A stretch of 63,849 nucleotides of DNA, filler included, from Phoronis australis (GCA_002633005.1; 5 parts of 5 records of this genome joined end to end with filler, not necessarily neighbours in it); one strand, 5' to 3'. Shown: positions 13,725-27,860, numbered from the whole stretch's first letter. The notes: a model not told the origin generated them from the letters alone. Made by a program: numbers and translations.

Positions 13725-16700
13725 TTAAAGACAAATTGAAAACAGTTTAACCCATGTGGCAGGTTTAAAATGCACATTTACGGCAAAACATTTTATTGTT
13801 TAAAATGACTCATTCTTATCAAAATGCCATCAACAAGAATAGATTTTCGGACATCAAAATTGAGGCCCCGCCCGAAATTAGCCGACGTCATTACCCAACA
13901 TGCTAACTGGTATGCTAGCAATCTATCTACATGTAAATGTATGAAAGGTATCCTTAAGAAAAAAATCATAAATTTGAAAGCGGTTTTTCTGCGAAGACTG
14001 TTTTTCTTTTGAACATATAAATAAAATAATCGCGTAGATTAAGATGCGGCGTTTACGGGTTTTGAGAAGCATTTCCAAAACTAGTCCCCTACACAGACCC
14101 TCTAGATAGGTTGGGGTCTTCTAAAGCGAACTTTCCTTCTGCATTCTTGGAACATCATTCATTTGGCTGTTCCGATTTCAAGAAACGAGGCATTCTATTG
14201 GTCAGTTGTATAATAGGTCAAACTAGTTCATCAACATGGCGACTTCCAATGAATAAATGGTGACTTTTGCAATGCCTGAGTCACTGGTCAGAGTGACACA
14301 TTTGGTCATATGCCATTTATGCAAGTCTCCTCTCTCTCCTGGACCTTGACTCGTCGACTGTTTCATTTTTTTTAATTTCCACGTTCACATTGTGTCAGGT
14401 ATTGCAGTTTACAACTGCAAAACAATGTCTCAGAGGCATTCTGAAACATTCTGAAACTAGTAAGGTTCGTTGTCTTATCAAAGCATCCTGAAGCTAGAGA
14501 TTGTAAGCAATCGAACTTTAAAAACCTGGTTCGTTGAAATGACTAGTTGCAAAAACATGTCACATTTCAAAATTTGGGGGCTCGGGGTACTTCAAAAATT
14601 GGTTCAATTAACCCAAATCGACGGTTTCTTGTGCGTTAGATTATCCAGGCAATAGTCACTTACTGGCAATCTGCATTTTGAGAACAAGCTTTAACGCCTG
14701 CTATTTAGTGAAAAGCAGGTTCCTGTTATTCGGTAGAAAACACTCTGGTTCTCTATGTCGGGATCACCGGTGACTATTATCATTATGTTTTGCTCAGTGT
14801 TTTGAGCAACATACTAGTGTTTCATTCTTGTAGTTACACTGTATGATCTATATAATAGGCCCTACAGCAGTGACTTTACTCAACATTTCGGTCTTTTCGA
14901 ACAGTTCCTCAAAATAACAAATTTGACTCTTGTTGAGGGGGCTTCCTCGTGGCAAGCGCCGGACAGTGTGAAATGCTTCAGAACATTCGCACTCACTGGC
15001 AAACACCCTCACGTTGACTCAAAATTAAAAGCCGTGATATCATTTGTTTCAAGAAATATTACACTCATAGGCTACAAAACAAATTTTTCTAACCATTGGG
15101 AACTTTAGTTTGCTGATGTATTGATTAGAAATATGGTTTAGTTTGGGGATAGACTAAAGTATTAAGGCTGGGCATCAGCATAGCCTTGGGACACACATCA
15201 GGGCTACCACTCTTCATTGCAGACCCTTCCCGTGATAGAACTCAATTCAGTTTTGTGCTTGCCTAGCTCCCCTCTCCCTGTCCCTTGTTCATGCAGTGCC
15301 TTCAGCTTGCCTCTCATTTCAGTCACAATCATTGGTGGCCAACAATTTCAAGTTTGGCAACTATTACCTCTGCAATTTGAATAATTCTGGCTACACCAGT
15401 GGTGTTGGGGATATAGGTTATTAAAGACCCGACTGCCACTCAAGTTGCACATTCACTGCCTTGTGAAAGCACAGACCATTATGAGAGTAACACCCGAGCC
15501 CTGGGATTCATCTTTTTACTCACGATTATTTTTGTCGTTTTCTATTCTGAACTCAAGATAAGTTTCTTTTATTCTACATTTGAGATTTGAGTGTGTAATG
15601 ATGACACTATGTGATCCCAACATTAGAACTAGAGTTCGAGTCCGAGTTCGAGTTTTTACTAGAAGTCTTGAGTCTTTTTTTTTCTTTTTTTTATATGTAT
15701 TTATTATCATTTACAAACAAAGTTTAGCTCAAATCTAATGGTCATCAAGTACTATCTTGAACTCGCAAGAAAGCTAGTGTACTGGAAGCGACAAAAACTA
15801 TTTCGAGTTGGATTTGGATTGAAAGCTTCACTCTAGAGGTTTATTCCCGAAACATGATCACATAATCCCTTTTCAGATTTTAAATCATACAAAAGACTGG
15901 GCTAGAATCTGTTTAGCCCAAAAAACATTTCAACACAATTTGGAGAATAAGAAACATCTGTACTAAACTGTGTTGAAAAATGAATGAACCCTCGTTAAGT
16001 TCCTTTTCCACAAAACGTACCACTTTCAAGCTACTATTAGCCCAACCTCTCTTTAGAATCGTCATCTAACAATGTAAGATTGGTCTCGTACTAACAACTA
16101 ATACGATATCTGTATTTTTAAAACTTTGGACACCAGACACTCATTTTTGAAAGAAAAGGAATCTCCGAGCAGTCTTCTTCGAGCTTAATGGGTGAAAAAG
16201 ACAATTTTCCAATAATTATTACGAAATGATTAAGTCGTTAGCATTTACCTTTCATAAAAAGATCGTGCATTTGGAACATTAGGCTACATTGTATTGAACG
16301 TCAAATCTCGGACCATAAACTTTTGTTAGTTTGAGTCCCAAATAATGTTTTTAGCCACTGTCTAAATGGGTGGAGATTCTTCTAGTACCAGATTATGCAT
16401 ATAACTAAAGCCTAGGGCCCATTTGGGACATTTCACAGGTATTTTCGTAGCAACAAATATCCTCTGGGAGATGAACGTTATGCAAAATATGGCAAGTCAC
16501 CTAATTTTCAGTCTTTAGAATAAATAATAACTGAAGTCTGCACACGTGCAGACAGCGTTCACCTATTTGGTGAAATTTGAGGTTACGAAAACACCCGAGG
16601 TGGCCTTGGAAGTAAATGTTTTCAGTGCATGCTCGAACTTTGGTCATTATGGCCAATCGTTCTCTACTAAGTTTGAAAGTCATGTAGGTTAAATTCACCT

Positions 16701-19169
16701 CCATGGAGAAATTTGAGGCTCCGAATATCCCCAGGTGATCTGAATGGCTAGGACCCTCAAGTTGTGCGGGGGCCCACCTCAAAGAGGGAAATGGGAAGAA
16801 ACAATTATCGCAACGAGGGGAGGGGTGTAGCTCGGGAATTGTGATTACCTGGAGGGTAAAAAATTTTGGTGTTCTAGGGAGAGTGAATACCGCGGAGGCA
16901 GTGGAGTGGTGGAAATTGCGCACCAGCAGTGTCTACTGTGACACTGTACGGTGACGGATTTGGAGGGGAGGGCAAGTGGCTGGGCCGCGGCCCCGCCTAA
17001 AATTCTCTCAGATTCCATTTTGCAGTTTGGGGGTGCAAATGTCTGACGGGAAAAATCCTGTCTCTGGTNCCCGAACTCAAAATCCTGGATCGCCCCTGCT
17101 GTAAGAGAAGTTTTCAAATTATAAAAAGCGTTCAAGCAATGAAACTGAAAAAAATGCCAAATAAAAAGATTGAAGTCATTATTAATTTAGCTTTATTTTC
17201 ATAATAAGGAATCGATAATTACATGAATTTTATCTCAGTTTGTTGATAATATCACAATACAAACAGCTAGCTGGCCAGTGAGTTCCGACATCGGTTTGCC
17301 GGATGTAAACATGCCCACGCCAAATTCCTGGTTAAAATTAACAGCCAATGAAAACCATCGTTCTAGTGCGCTTTACCTGGCCTTCACAAGCTATCCGTGA
17401 CGTCAGCGCGTGAGGCCCGGGAACCAGGTTATTTCAAAACGTGACAAGAGACGGATAGGGGAAGACGTTTCGCCTGGCTTCAGTTATGGATTAGGTCTGG
17501 TATTAAAGCTAAAGAGGGTACTCCTTGTGCAAAGGGCAAAACTTAGAATATCGGCAAAATGGTGTTATTGTCCACACCACATGTAAACTCTTCAGAGTTT
17601 TGTGACCTTATATTGTCTTCACACGAGTAGTGTAGTTTGAAATGTCTCAAACAATTTTCAGCAGTGGTTGGAATATTCCACATTACAAAAAGAGCCAAAT
17701 AAAACCCCAACGTACATAGTATCCAACTGCTATCAGTAGTTTGAAGGCTCTTGGCCAAACAATCTTTTCTATGTTAAAGGTAAAATGTATCTCGTGATTT
17801 TGTGACAAAAAACTGCTCGTCATTCGTGCCGCTCGTTCACTCCTTGTCGCTATCACACCGTAATTTTAGTGTCCGCCAACCAATGGACATTCCGATGATA
17901 TGCAGCTTGGTTTGATAACTGCTTTAACACTTTCGAAAAACAGCGTAGATCTTTCTTAGTAATACAAATGTCCACTGAAATCTCCCATTTTTAACAGTCC
18001 AACATCTTCGAAGTATGCTCACCCGGTACGTCCGTAATGACTTCAGATTTAGAAATCATTTCCATTTTTGTTAGCACAAACATTGCCAAAAGGCAACGAA
18101 TATAATATAGTCAACGCGAATATATTCCCGTCTGTAGCTGTAGGAGAAGCCAAAGGAAAAAGGGTAACGTAATCAGCCATCTTCCAGTTGAATCGTCACT
18201 GTGTCTTGGTTATTTTTTGTTGATTTTATAAGTCTCAATAGTCATAGCTACCCCGGCTTATAACAGATAAAAATGCCTTTTAACTGCGGTGACTCGAGTG
18301 TGAAACCGAATGTACGATGAGCTTACCTCATTTGTACACAAAGTTATTGAAGCTGGTATGATCTGCAAGGGGTCAGTGGAGTTGCAACCTTTACAGCCTG
18401 TCCCCATCTGTATTTCTTCCTCCAAAGCCACGTCATCACAAGTTCACCCTTTGTTTGTATTGATCAAGTTACAATGGATTTATTGTAATTCTCCTGACGG
18501 TTACATTTCCTTGGCTACTAAAACTAACCCAGCCTAACAAGCAAGTTTACGAGCACGGTCGGAAGCAAATAATGATATTATGTTACTTTTCTGAAGCGTA
18601 TAAAAAATTTCTAATATCTGAAATATTTTTTTCGTTTACACCCTTAACTGTTAGGGTCTTATATCAGTCAAATTAGCGATGATTTATGGGATTCAAAAAG
18701 TAATACTTTGTGATCACCGGTACTTGTGATCAGGTTTACAATGTCACTATTTTACGTTGCGAGCTTTGTCGCACTGAATAACTGCCAGTTTATGACAAGC
18801 AGAGAATTTTTTTCTCATCTAATGTACTTGCAGGTTGAGAGTAATGTCATTGCCGATGGCGTGTGGTCTACATCAGAAGTTTATCCGAGTTAAAGTTTCA
18901 CCACTTTAAGGCTTCAGCCGTCGTATTTAAAATAACGGTGATTCTTAAGATAGAATAATGATAAACGTAATCTTTCGGAAAATGTATTGCATCTAATTAT
19001 AACCTTCCAGAAAACTGCTTTAGACGGAGGTTAGAACTTTTTTCTTTTTTGACACTTTGCCGTTCTTAATCAATCAGGTAAAGTGAATATTAAGTGAAAT
19101 TCAACCGCTATCTTTCAATATTTTACATACTGCATCTACTTGAGAAAAAGGTTGCACCGTAATACTTAC

Positions 19170-19312
19170 GCGAAGAACTGTAGTCAATATCTAAGCAGAG
19201 CCAAACGCGGTCCCCAAGTACGACAGATGAGGCTTGGGCCCCGAATTTTTCGGCAAGAGTCATAGGTTTAACAACTGGTACACTAACACGCCCGGGAACA
19301 ACTGCAACGGTG
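19170..19312 (-). CDS. ZP-domain protein exon (linker and start of ZP-C)
   Basis: atttacag|C ... TCG C|gtaag; TVAVVPG...SSVVLGDRVWLCLDIDYSSS (V-x-LGD-x-V pattern); phases 2/1. Confidence 0.8.
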
Positions 19313-20100
19313 CTGTAAATTACAGAAATAAGACCTGGAATTATTGGCTGCAGAAATTGTTGTCTTATCATTGAGGGAGAGATGAGGTGATGTGGCGGAA
19401 TGGGGTATCCGAAGGAAATTCAGTTGATAACGGAGTCGGAGAGCGAGATGTGAAAGGAGAAACAGAGAGAAAGAGTGTGTATATGTAGCGAAACGTGCAT
19501 GTGTACAAAAACACTAACAAATTTAAGTACTAAGAAATAGTTTTACCTAGGAAGCTTTGTAAGACAGAAATGTAGAAAGTTAGGGAAAATCCGATGTTGC
19601 CTTATTACAGAAAGCTCACAAATGTACATACAATGTATGAGACCTCCATGATACAGAAAATATGCTTTCTGTTTCAGTTAATGCATTATTTGTTCAAACA
19701 CAAGTTTTGATATTTCCCTTCCGACTTGCCGCCGTTGTCAGTGTTGGACTTGTAGAGCTGGCGGAGTTTCATGCAACTTAATTATATTTGTAACCCGAAC
19801 TACGCAGTCAACTCATACGCCTTTCTTTTATTCCTTGCAAAACTTTGAGATTCATGGAATGAAAAACGCCATTCGTCCTCATAAAACCCCACGCATCCCT
19901 AGTAAAACCCATTCGTCCACAGGTAAACACCATTCATCACCAATAAAATACCACCCATCCATAGTAAAACACCATTTGTCCCTAGGAATACACCCTTCAT
20001 CCCTATAGTCAAACATCGCCCATCCAAGTAAAACACCATTCGTCCTTAGTAAAACACAATTCGTACCCAGTAAAACACCATTCACCTCTAGTAAAACACC

Positions 20101-20427
20101 TTATGTATACATGCAGGTGTATTTGTATGATGTCTTACTTTTTTAATTATTTATTGTCTGTTTTTAATTATTTATATTTATATTTTAGTTAATTATCTTG
20201 TCGTAATTATTTTATCTTCTATTTATCATGTTTTATTTTTTATTTTAATTCATCAATCTTTCCGTGTTAATTTCTTATTTTTTGCTTATTATTTAAATAT
20301 TGTCTTTCATTTTGTAATTCTGTTTCTGTCTTACTATCTGGTTGTTTTTACTGAAGGCCCCCGTGGAAAGCAGTGTGAACTGATGGGGCTACCCTCATTG
20401 TAAATATTACATTAATAAATAAATAAA
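20101..20427 (+). mobile_element. 5'-truncated retroelement 3' end inserted in the satellite
   Basis: Splits a unit exactly (agtaaaacacc | attcgtccct); T-rich body, GC stem (ggcccc...ggggct), (TAAA)n tail, no TSD. Confidence 0.55.
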
Positions 20428-20856
20428 ATTCGTCCCTAGTAAAACACAACACAATCACAGTAAAACACTTTTAGTCACCATTAAAACACCATCCCCATTC
20501 GTCCTTAGTAAAACAACAATCGTCCCTAGTAAAACACCAATCGTCCCCAGTAAAAAAAACATTCGTCTGCAGTAAAACACTATTCGTCCCCAGTAAAACA
20601 ATATGTTTTGTCCCCAGTTAAACATCATTAATCACAAGCAAACACCATCCCTCCACAATAAAACACCATTTGTAACTCAAAGTAAAACACAACTCGTCGG
20701 CAGTAAAACACCGTTCGTCCCGATAAAACACCACCCATTCCTAGTAAAACATTCTTCTACAATAAAACACCATCAATCCACAGTAAAACACCATTTGTCC
20801 CAATAAAACATCATTCCTCCCTACTAAAACACAATTCGTCCCCGTACTAAAACACC

Positions 20857-21097
20857 ATTGCGTGCGCGCACCCTGGGGGATCGCACGAAGTGGGCAACGG
20901 GTCCGCCTCAGATAAACAAAAATTCGGAGAAAACTAGAAAAAGTACAAAGGAATTCAGCGCAAATGCACAATTCGTAGGTCTGAACGCAGTATCCTGTTT
21001 TTTCCTTCTAGTCCCAGGTTTTTTTTTTCCAGTAAAAGGGACAAATAATGAAACATTCGAGCCCTACTATACCTTAGGCTGGGTGCGCGTATGCAAT
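20857..21097. mobile_element. MITE inserted in the satellite
   Basis: TIR ATTGCGTGCGCGCACCC / GGGTGCGCGTATGCAAT (15/17). Confidence 0.65.
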
Positions 21098-22164
21098 CTT
21101 CTGTAGTAAAGCGCCATCCGTCCTTAGTAAAGTACAATATGTTGCTAGTAAAACACCATTAGTCCCCAGTAAATCAACATTCGTAATCAGTAAAACACCA
21201 GTCGTCACATACATAATTCGTTTCTAGTAAAACACCACTCATCTAAGGTAAAACACCATTCTTTTCTAGTAAAACAACATTCCTCCCTAGTAAATCATCA
21301 GTTGTAAATAGTTTAACACCATTCGTCCGCGATTGTACAAAATTCGACCATAGTGAAACACCATTCGTCCCGAGTAAAACACGATTCATACACAGTAACA
21401 CATAATTCCTCCCTAGTAAAACATCATCCGTCCCTATTAAAACACAATTCGTACCCACTAAAACAACATTTGTCCATTGTAAAACACCATTTTTATGTAA
21501 TAAAGCACCATGAACCCTCCCTGGTAAAGCACCATTCGTCCTCAGCAAAACACCATTCATCGATCCCCAGTAAATCACTTTTCCTTCCCAGTAAAACACA
21601 ATTTGTCCCCAGTAAAACACCATCTGTCCCTAGTAAAATACCATTCGTCCCTAGTGAACACCATTCGTCCCTAGTAAAACACCATTCGTTCCCAGTAAAA
21701 CACCGTTCATTTCAGTCGAACACAATTCGTCCCCAATAGAAAATCACTATTCGTCCACAATTACTAAACACAATTGATCCCTAGCAAAACACATTTCGTC
21801 CCCAGTAAACACCATACTTTCTCATTAAAACACTATTCGTTCCCAGTAAAACACCATTCGTCCCTAGTAAAACATCATTCCTTCCTAGTAAAACACCTTT
21901 CGTCCCCAGCAAACACCATTTAATCCCCAGAAAAACACTATTAGTCCCCAGTAAAACACCATTCGTCCCTAGCAAGACACCATTCCTTCCCAGCAAAATA
22001 CCATTTCTTCTTATTGAAACACCATTCGTCCCCACTCAAACACCATTCGCCCCTATTAAATTACTAGTTCTCCCTCATTCGTAGTAAAACAATTTCTTTG
22101 TGCTCCATGTAGACAAAAAAGTTTGTGGACATTTTTGCATAAATGTTCAACATTTATGAATATG

Positions 22165-22210
22165 CATGTGTGTGTACGTGCGTGTGTGTGTGTGTGTATG
22201 TGTGTGCGTG

Positions 22211-22272
<62 letters not shown>

Positions 22273-22285
22273 TTTGTGTGCGTGC
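22165..22285. repeat. (TG)n microsatellite
   Basis: Long, partly interrupted TG run. Confidence 0.98.
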
Positions 22286-22342
22286 TCGCATGTGTTCGTT
22301 TATACATTACATACAGGAACACATACATGTACATGTACATAC

Positions 22343-22485
22343 CCATTGACTCCAAACGTTTCGTTGATGATAACCGACAGACCAAGCGCGGTCACGTTAC
22401 AACTGACTGTGGTTTTTGTATCCTCGTGCGTTTCGAACGGGTATACATAGTGAATTCTCACCATGAAGTTGACCATGCCATCGCC
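22343..22485 (-). CDS. ZP-domain protein exon (C-terminal half of ZP-N); most 5' exon found
   Basis: cgttttag|GGC ... AAT GG|gtatgt; GDGMVNFMVRIHYVYPFETHEDTKTTVSCNVT (T-x-x-D-x4-V-x-C pattern); phases 0/2; the six exons total 873 nt = 290 aa + stop. Confidence 0.8.
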
Positions 22486-22841
22486 CTAAAACGAACGAGT
22501 GACTGTTGTTAAAAAGAAAGCTGGCCATAATATAGAAGGCAGAGTTTGGTTGTGGGATTTTTTACACAATAAACTTCTTATTTTCAACTACCGTTCCACG
22601 TCCACGCTCGTCACAAAATGTTAAATTTCAGACTGCTGTTCAGTCATTGATTAACTCCATTTAAGTATAATCATCAAATTCTAAAATATCTTTTTGCGTC
22701 TCAAGAAGATAACGATAGAATTCGACGGGTAGTGTTTGACTGACTGTAGAAGTGCGCAGTCCAAATTTTTCTCATTTGATCGTTATCGCTATAGTGATTT
22801 TTATCTTCATACCCTTACCTAAGTCCTTCAAGGAAGGGGTT

Positions 22842-23180
22842 GTAGCTCTAAAGCACCCAATCTGCTTAATGTTAGCTGGCAAATCGTCCATTTCCTTACA
22901 GAATCAACTAGTTCTAAAACACCCAATCTTGTTAATGTTATCAAAGGGTCCATTTCTTTTCAGTATCAAATAGTTATAAAACACCCATTCTGATTAATGT
23001 TATTCGGCAAATAGTCCATTTCCTTACAGAATCAAGTAGTTCTAAAACACCCAATCTCCTTAATGTTCTCTGGCAAATTTCCTATATCCAGAATCAAATT
23101 GTTCTAAAACACCCAATCTGATTAATGTTCCCTGGAAAATGGCATATTTCTAGAATCAAATAATTTTGAAACATCCAATG
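22842..23180. repeat. 62-66-bp tandem repeat (~5.5 copies; one more at ~24665-24727)
   Basis: TAGTTCTAAAACACCCAATCTG.TTAATGTT...GGCAAA..GTCCATTTCC..CAGAATCAA. Confidence 0.9.
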
Positions 23181-23735
23181 TGCTAAGTCCGTTCCTCTTC
23201 ACAATATTTTTAAATGACTTAATCAAACGTCTGGAAGAGTCTGATTGTCAGGCCAAGGGTATTTCTATTGACACTGACTCTCCTGACATATTATGTTTAT
23301 TGTATGTTAATTACATGGCAAATATTGTATACACACCAAGAGAGTTCCAAAAACAATTTGGGATAGAGGTCAATGTTGATAAAACAAAGATTATGGTTTT
23401 TCGAAATGGTAATCCTCTGGAGAATATTGAGAAGTGGTCACATCATTTGCAACCAATGAACACAGTGTCTTAGTTTAAGTACTTAGGTTGTATTTTCTCT
23501 TCTAGAACATGCTGGAGTAAAAATTTCCACGAAATAGCTTCACAAACAAGGAAGGCTATGTTTGCTTTAATGAGATTTTATTGACAGATCTATCAATGGT
23601 CTAAACTGCAAATTGCCTTGCAAATGTTTGATAAAATAAAAACACCCATACTGTTCTGCGGCTCACAAGTGTTAGGCTATCAGGCCCACAAAGCCATTGG
23701 TAATGTGCAGGTAAGCTTTCCTAAACATATATGAT
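23180..23735 (+). pseudogene. Degenerate non-LTR reverse transcriptase fragment
   Basis: LSPFLFTIFLNDL, LLYVNY (eroded YADD), VNVDKTKIMVF, *FKYLG, KAMFAL, MFDKIKTPILFCGSQVLG; internal stops. Confidence 0.85.
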
Positions 23736-24729
23736 TTAGTATTACATGTACGCTATTTTATGTAAGGTATGTTGCTTCGTTCTCAATATTGTATTGTTTT
23801 GATTCCAGGGTCAGTGACCCTCTTTGTTCTCCCAATATTGGTTTAATTGTACCACGTGACTTGTCTGTCTCGTCGCAACACTGTGCCATTGTCCATAATT
23901 CTCTTCAATTTGTGTATTTTGCAGTCAATTTTTCTATCCCTCTGTCCCTCAATCCATTTTTTTTCCTTTTCTATTTACCCTCAATTTTCCCAGGTTGATG
24001 TCTCGGTGTCATCCATTTTTGCAGCTCACCGTTTATACATACTTATGTTATACCTGCAGTAGTGCCGATTGTCCTGCAGATTGTCACTCACCTTCAGAGC
24101 TCAACGTATTATACAACTTTTGTGTTTATCGATATCTGAAGAATTTTAGTATGTCATAAAGGATTGCGCATTCTAAGAATGGGAAAGTAAAGTCGATTGT
24201 AATGGTGAATTAACTTTGTATGCTGAAGTTTTTCAAGATTTCTGCATTGCGCAATACTTAGACGTGATACAAAATGTAAATCTTAAAAAAATCATAACTG
24301 AAATTAGACGCTTCATTCATCAATTATAAATTGAAGCAGGAAGGGTTAAAATTGATAGGGAATTGAGAAACTGTGTGATTTTCTAAAAGTTTGGAATTTC
24401 TGTAACTGAGGACGAGTTCCATTTTATTACAAACTGAACTTAATATTATGATATATGAGATACGATCATTCCAGGATTTAAAACATTGCCCACAGTCTAC
24501 ATTAACTGGGTTAATGCAAGACTTCCCACAAATGCTCAACCTGTCAAAATACCTGCAAATCAGAAAAATATAAAATGATCATAGATGATGGACTGTGCAT
24601 GTCTTTTTCAGTTATGTAATTGGATGCCTTCAAGTTCAATAAAGTTCACTAATCTTATTTTTTTTCAAAACACCAAATCTGCTTAATGTTATCTGGCAAA
24701 ATGTTCCATTTCCCTACAGAATCAAATAC

Positions 24730-25230
24730 AAAAGGTCGAGGGATCAAAAATTATCTGATTAAAGATGTCTAGTTATAAGACAGTAATTATGACGGACAAG
24801 TGATAATACTTGAAAAAATAAGACTAGGATTTCATGACTTCGACACTTGAGTAACATACAGAGACGTCAAAAAACTTGCAACTTATTCATTGGTAGTCAC
24901 TTCAGATCAACAAATATTTGATTAGAGGGTATTTCGAAAAGACAATCTAAAATAACTCTGACAGCCTTTCGATTTCTGTAATATGAGCAAAAGTTGGCGA
25001 GGCCATGCAGAGCGACTATAAGTTAAATGTGGCAAAATACATGAAAAGTAAAATAATGGCCTCCCTTCAATGGGTATGTAGCATTCAATTCTACCCAAGA
25101 GGGACAATCGTTGTCTAACTTTAGGCAGAATGTAGTATACGTATTAACACCAAGTTATAAACTGCTATTAAAGATGGCATATTTTTAAAGGTCAATCTGC
25201 TTTAGTTTGTTACAAGACATAAATATATAT
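24730..25230 (-). pseudogene. L2/CR1-like LINE fragment (post-RT region)
   Basis: KVRQRLSLLGRIECYIP...LFYFSCILPHLTYSRSAW...LQK; frameshifted. Confidence 0.65.
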
Positions 25231-25499
25231 TAACAACGTTTTTGTACCTTTTCTCTATGGATTAAGTAGAAGTAGTCAATCCTGTAGAATGCGATTTGTG
25301 TCTTTTAATCATTATTGTGTCTTTTGGTAAATTTTTACAAAAATACGGTTCATTCATAGCAAACTAACGGGATCAAAAACATGACCAAATTTCTTTCGAT
25401 GTAAATGTTCCAGATGATATCCCAAAAACGCTGTTATATTTTTTTAATGGTTTTTTTTTGTTTTTTCTATCGCTTATCCTCAAAGACGTCCCATGAAAG

Positions 25500-27860
25500 G
25501 AAAACATATTTCAAGATCTTCTCGGAACATTTGCAAGAACCCTCAAAAACTAATAAAACAGTCGTTATCAACGGGAATTTCAACGCAAGGAAGAGTACTT
25601 TGTATTCAAATGACAATGACAAAAAAGCCGGCCTCGAATTATTCGATTTTCTCCGCTCAAATGACTGCATACAATTAATGAATGAGCCGACGCGTTTAAC
25701 AAAGTATTCACATTCTTGCCTTGATTTATGTATAACAAACAATCTCGGATTAATTGAGTCCACTCCTGTTAGACATCCCATTGGTAACTCAGACCACCAC
25801 ATTATAGAAACAACATTCACACTCAACTGCGCACCTACAGAGCCCGACATTATCAAAAAGATTTGGAATTACAACCTCATTAAGATGGACAAACTGCGCA
25901 CTGACAGAACCACATTTAACTGGACTGAAATACTGAATAAAAGTGACATAAATGACGCAGTCTCAACATTCACACAGTCATTCTTTAACATACTGCATAA
26001 CAATATCTCATCAACCATGGCAACAACAACAAACAAGACCAAAGCTTGGTTTAGCAACAAACTTTTATATGAAATAAATAAAAGAAATAAACTGTGCAGA
26101 TGGTTTAGAAAATCTAATAACTCGTCGAGGTTTAAGTTTTACAAATAACAGTATAACACTGTGGAAGAACTAATCTCCAACATCAACAATGTTTCCAAAA
26201 TTTTTAAGGAATATTGGGCTATAGCAAAAAAACTCGATGACAGGTGAAGCAATCATCGTAACCTCATCATCCACTCAAAAGAAGCCAACACTCAGACGTC
26301 ATTTAAAACTGAAAAAAGTAAGAAATTTCTTGAATACTCCACCGCTAAGAGTAACATTGCACCAACAACAAACTTTCCCGCGTTCCCAAACAGAACATTA
26401 GAACACCTCTCTGACATTACAAGGCCAACCATCTTAAGTACGAAAACAAATAGGAAAATCGACGAAATCAAAAACGACGGTGCCAATCTAATAACTAATG
26501 AAGTGATCAAGATAATAGCAAGAGAGCTTACAGTTCCTCTGACAATATTATGCAGTATCAATACTACGATCTGGAAAATTTCATTTAGACTGGAAACTTG
26601 GTGTTATGATACCAATACACAAAAAGGACTCCTAAACAGACATTGTCAACCACCGCCTCATAAATATTTTGACATCTTATTCAGATTTTTAGAAAAAATA
26701 GTTTTAACATATGTTTGATCACCACTTGTCACAAAACCTCACCTATCGTCGCCAATTTGGATTCATGCCTGGTAACAGCACTATGTCTCAACTTATAGAA
26801 ATTGTACACGAAATCCACCTTCAGTTTGAGCATGCATAAAACGTGAGATCCGTATTTTAGATATTGCTTCAGCTTTTGATGTCATTCCTGATAATCTGTT
26901 TCTACATAAATTAGAATTTTATGCTTCCCAGGTACTCTCCTCCTACTTTTAAAATCATATCAGGAATGCCGACCTTACAAAGTCCGAATTGAGGGCGTCT
27001 TCTCACCCTCATAATCACCAGGTTTCGTAAATGCTAGCGTACCATAGGGTAGCGTACTAGGTCCGTTACTCTTTTTACTGTACTCCAATGATCTTCCAGA
27101 CACAATAAACTCGAAAACATTCTTACATGCTGATGACACTGCAATTTTCTACCCATTCTCAAAAGAGCATCCCATGACTCCTTAGAAGAGGAGATATTCT
27201 ATATTAACTTGCATTGACAACTGGAATTCCTTACCACCCAAAATAAAAGAAAGCACTTCAATCGTCACTCTCAAAAATAACTTTGAATTGCATACCACTA
27301 ATCCAGACATACCAGTGCCATTGATATCATTCCAACTTCCTCGCAACCACGAAATAATCCTATACATATTAAGAATTGGATTATTCCTAAACAACGACAA
27401 ATTTAGACATGATTTTAATATTTCACCTCTGTCTTCGTTTGGAGATACCCAGATAAATGGTCATATTTTCTTTGTTTGTGCGGTATGCGGGGAACAGAGG
27501 GCACAGCTTTTCGAGACACTCGAACAATACCCCAATGTTTAAAAAATATTCAGATCTTCCTCAAATATATAACAAAATTGTATTTTGAAATGGATTTAGC
27601 GAAATAGTCCTAAATGAAAATAAGGTTTTATTCGAAATACGTAGTATCAAAATTTCATTTTAATATTAAATCTCTTTGTGCGAGTAAATAACATTGTATG
27701 AATGTAAAATAACTTGTTGTGCATGAAAATGATTTATTTGTAATCTTAACATCAGTTTATTAATTTATGTATTTGTGTATAATTGTACATATATTTTTTA
27801 CTTATTTAGCCCAGATACAATGCCTCTTGGCGCTTTCTAGATATGTTTTTATTGTACTGA
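25500..27860 (+). mobile_element. Decayed CR1/L2-group LINE ORF2 (APE endonuclease + RT)
   Basis: GNFNA, NEPTR..HSCLDL..TN, GNSDH (endonuclease); [43 protein letters not shown] (RT); many stops and frameshifts. Confidence 0.9.

Larger units (their letters stand above)
19860..22090. repeat. 21-bp satellite array with two insertions
   Basis: Consensus AGTAAAACACCATTCGTCCCT, dozens of diverged copies. Confidence 0.95.

Noticed and set aside
17543-18540. Candidate extra exons or transposase relic with GT donors at 18022 and ~18326
   Set aside because: In-frame stops in the required phases and no identifiable motif
21243-22512. Long ORFs over the 21-bp satellite and (TG)n
   Set aside because: Open only because of repeat periodicity
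24100-24560. Possible 5' ZP exon or LINE tail
   Set aside because: The phase-0 frame at the donor-like site near 24091 has stops; similarity to LINE 3' ends is too weak to call
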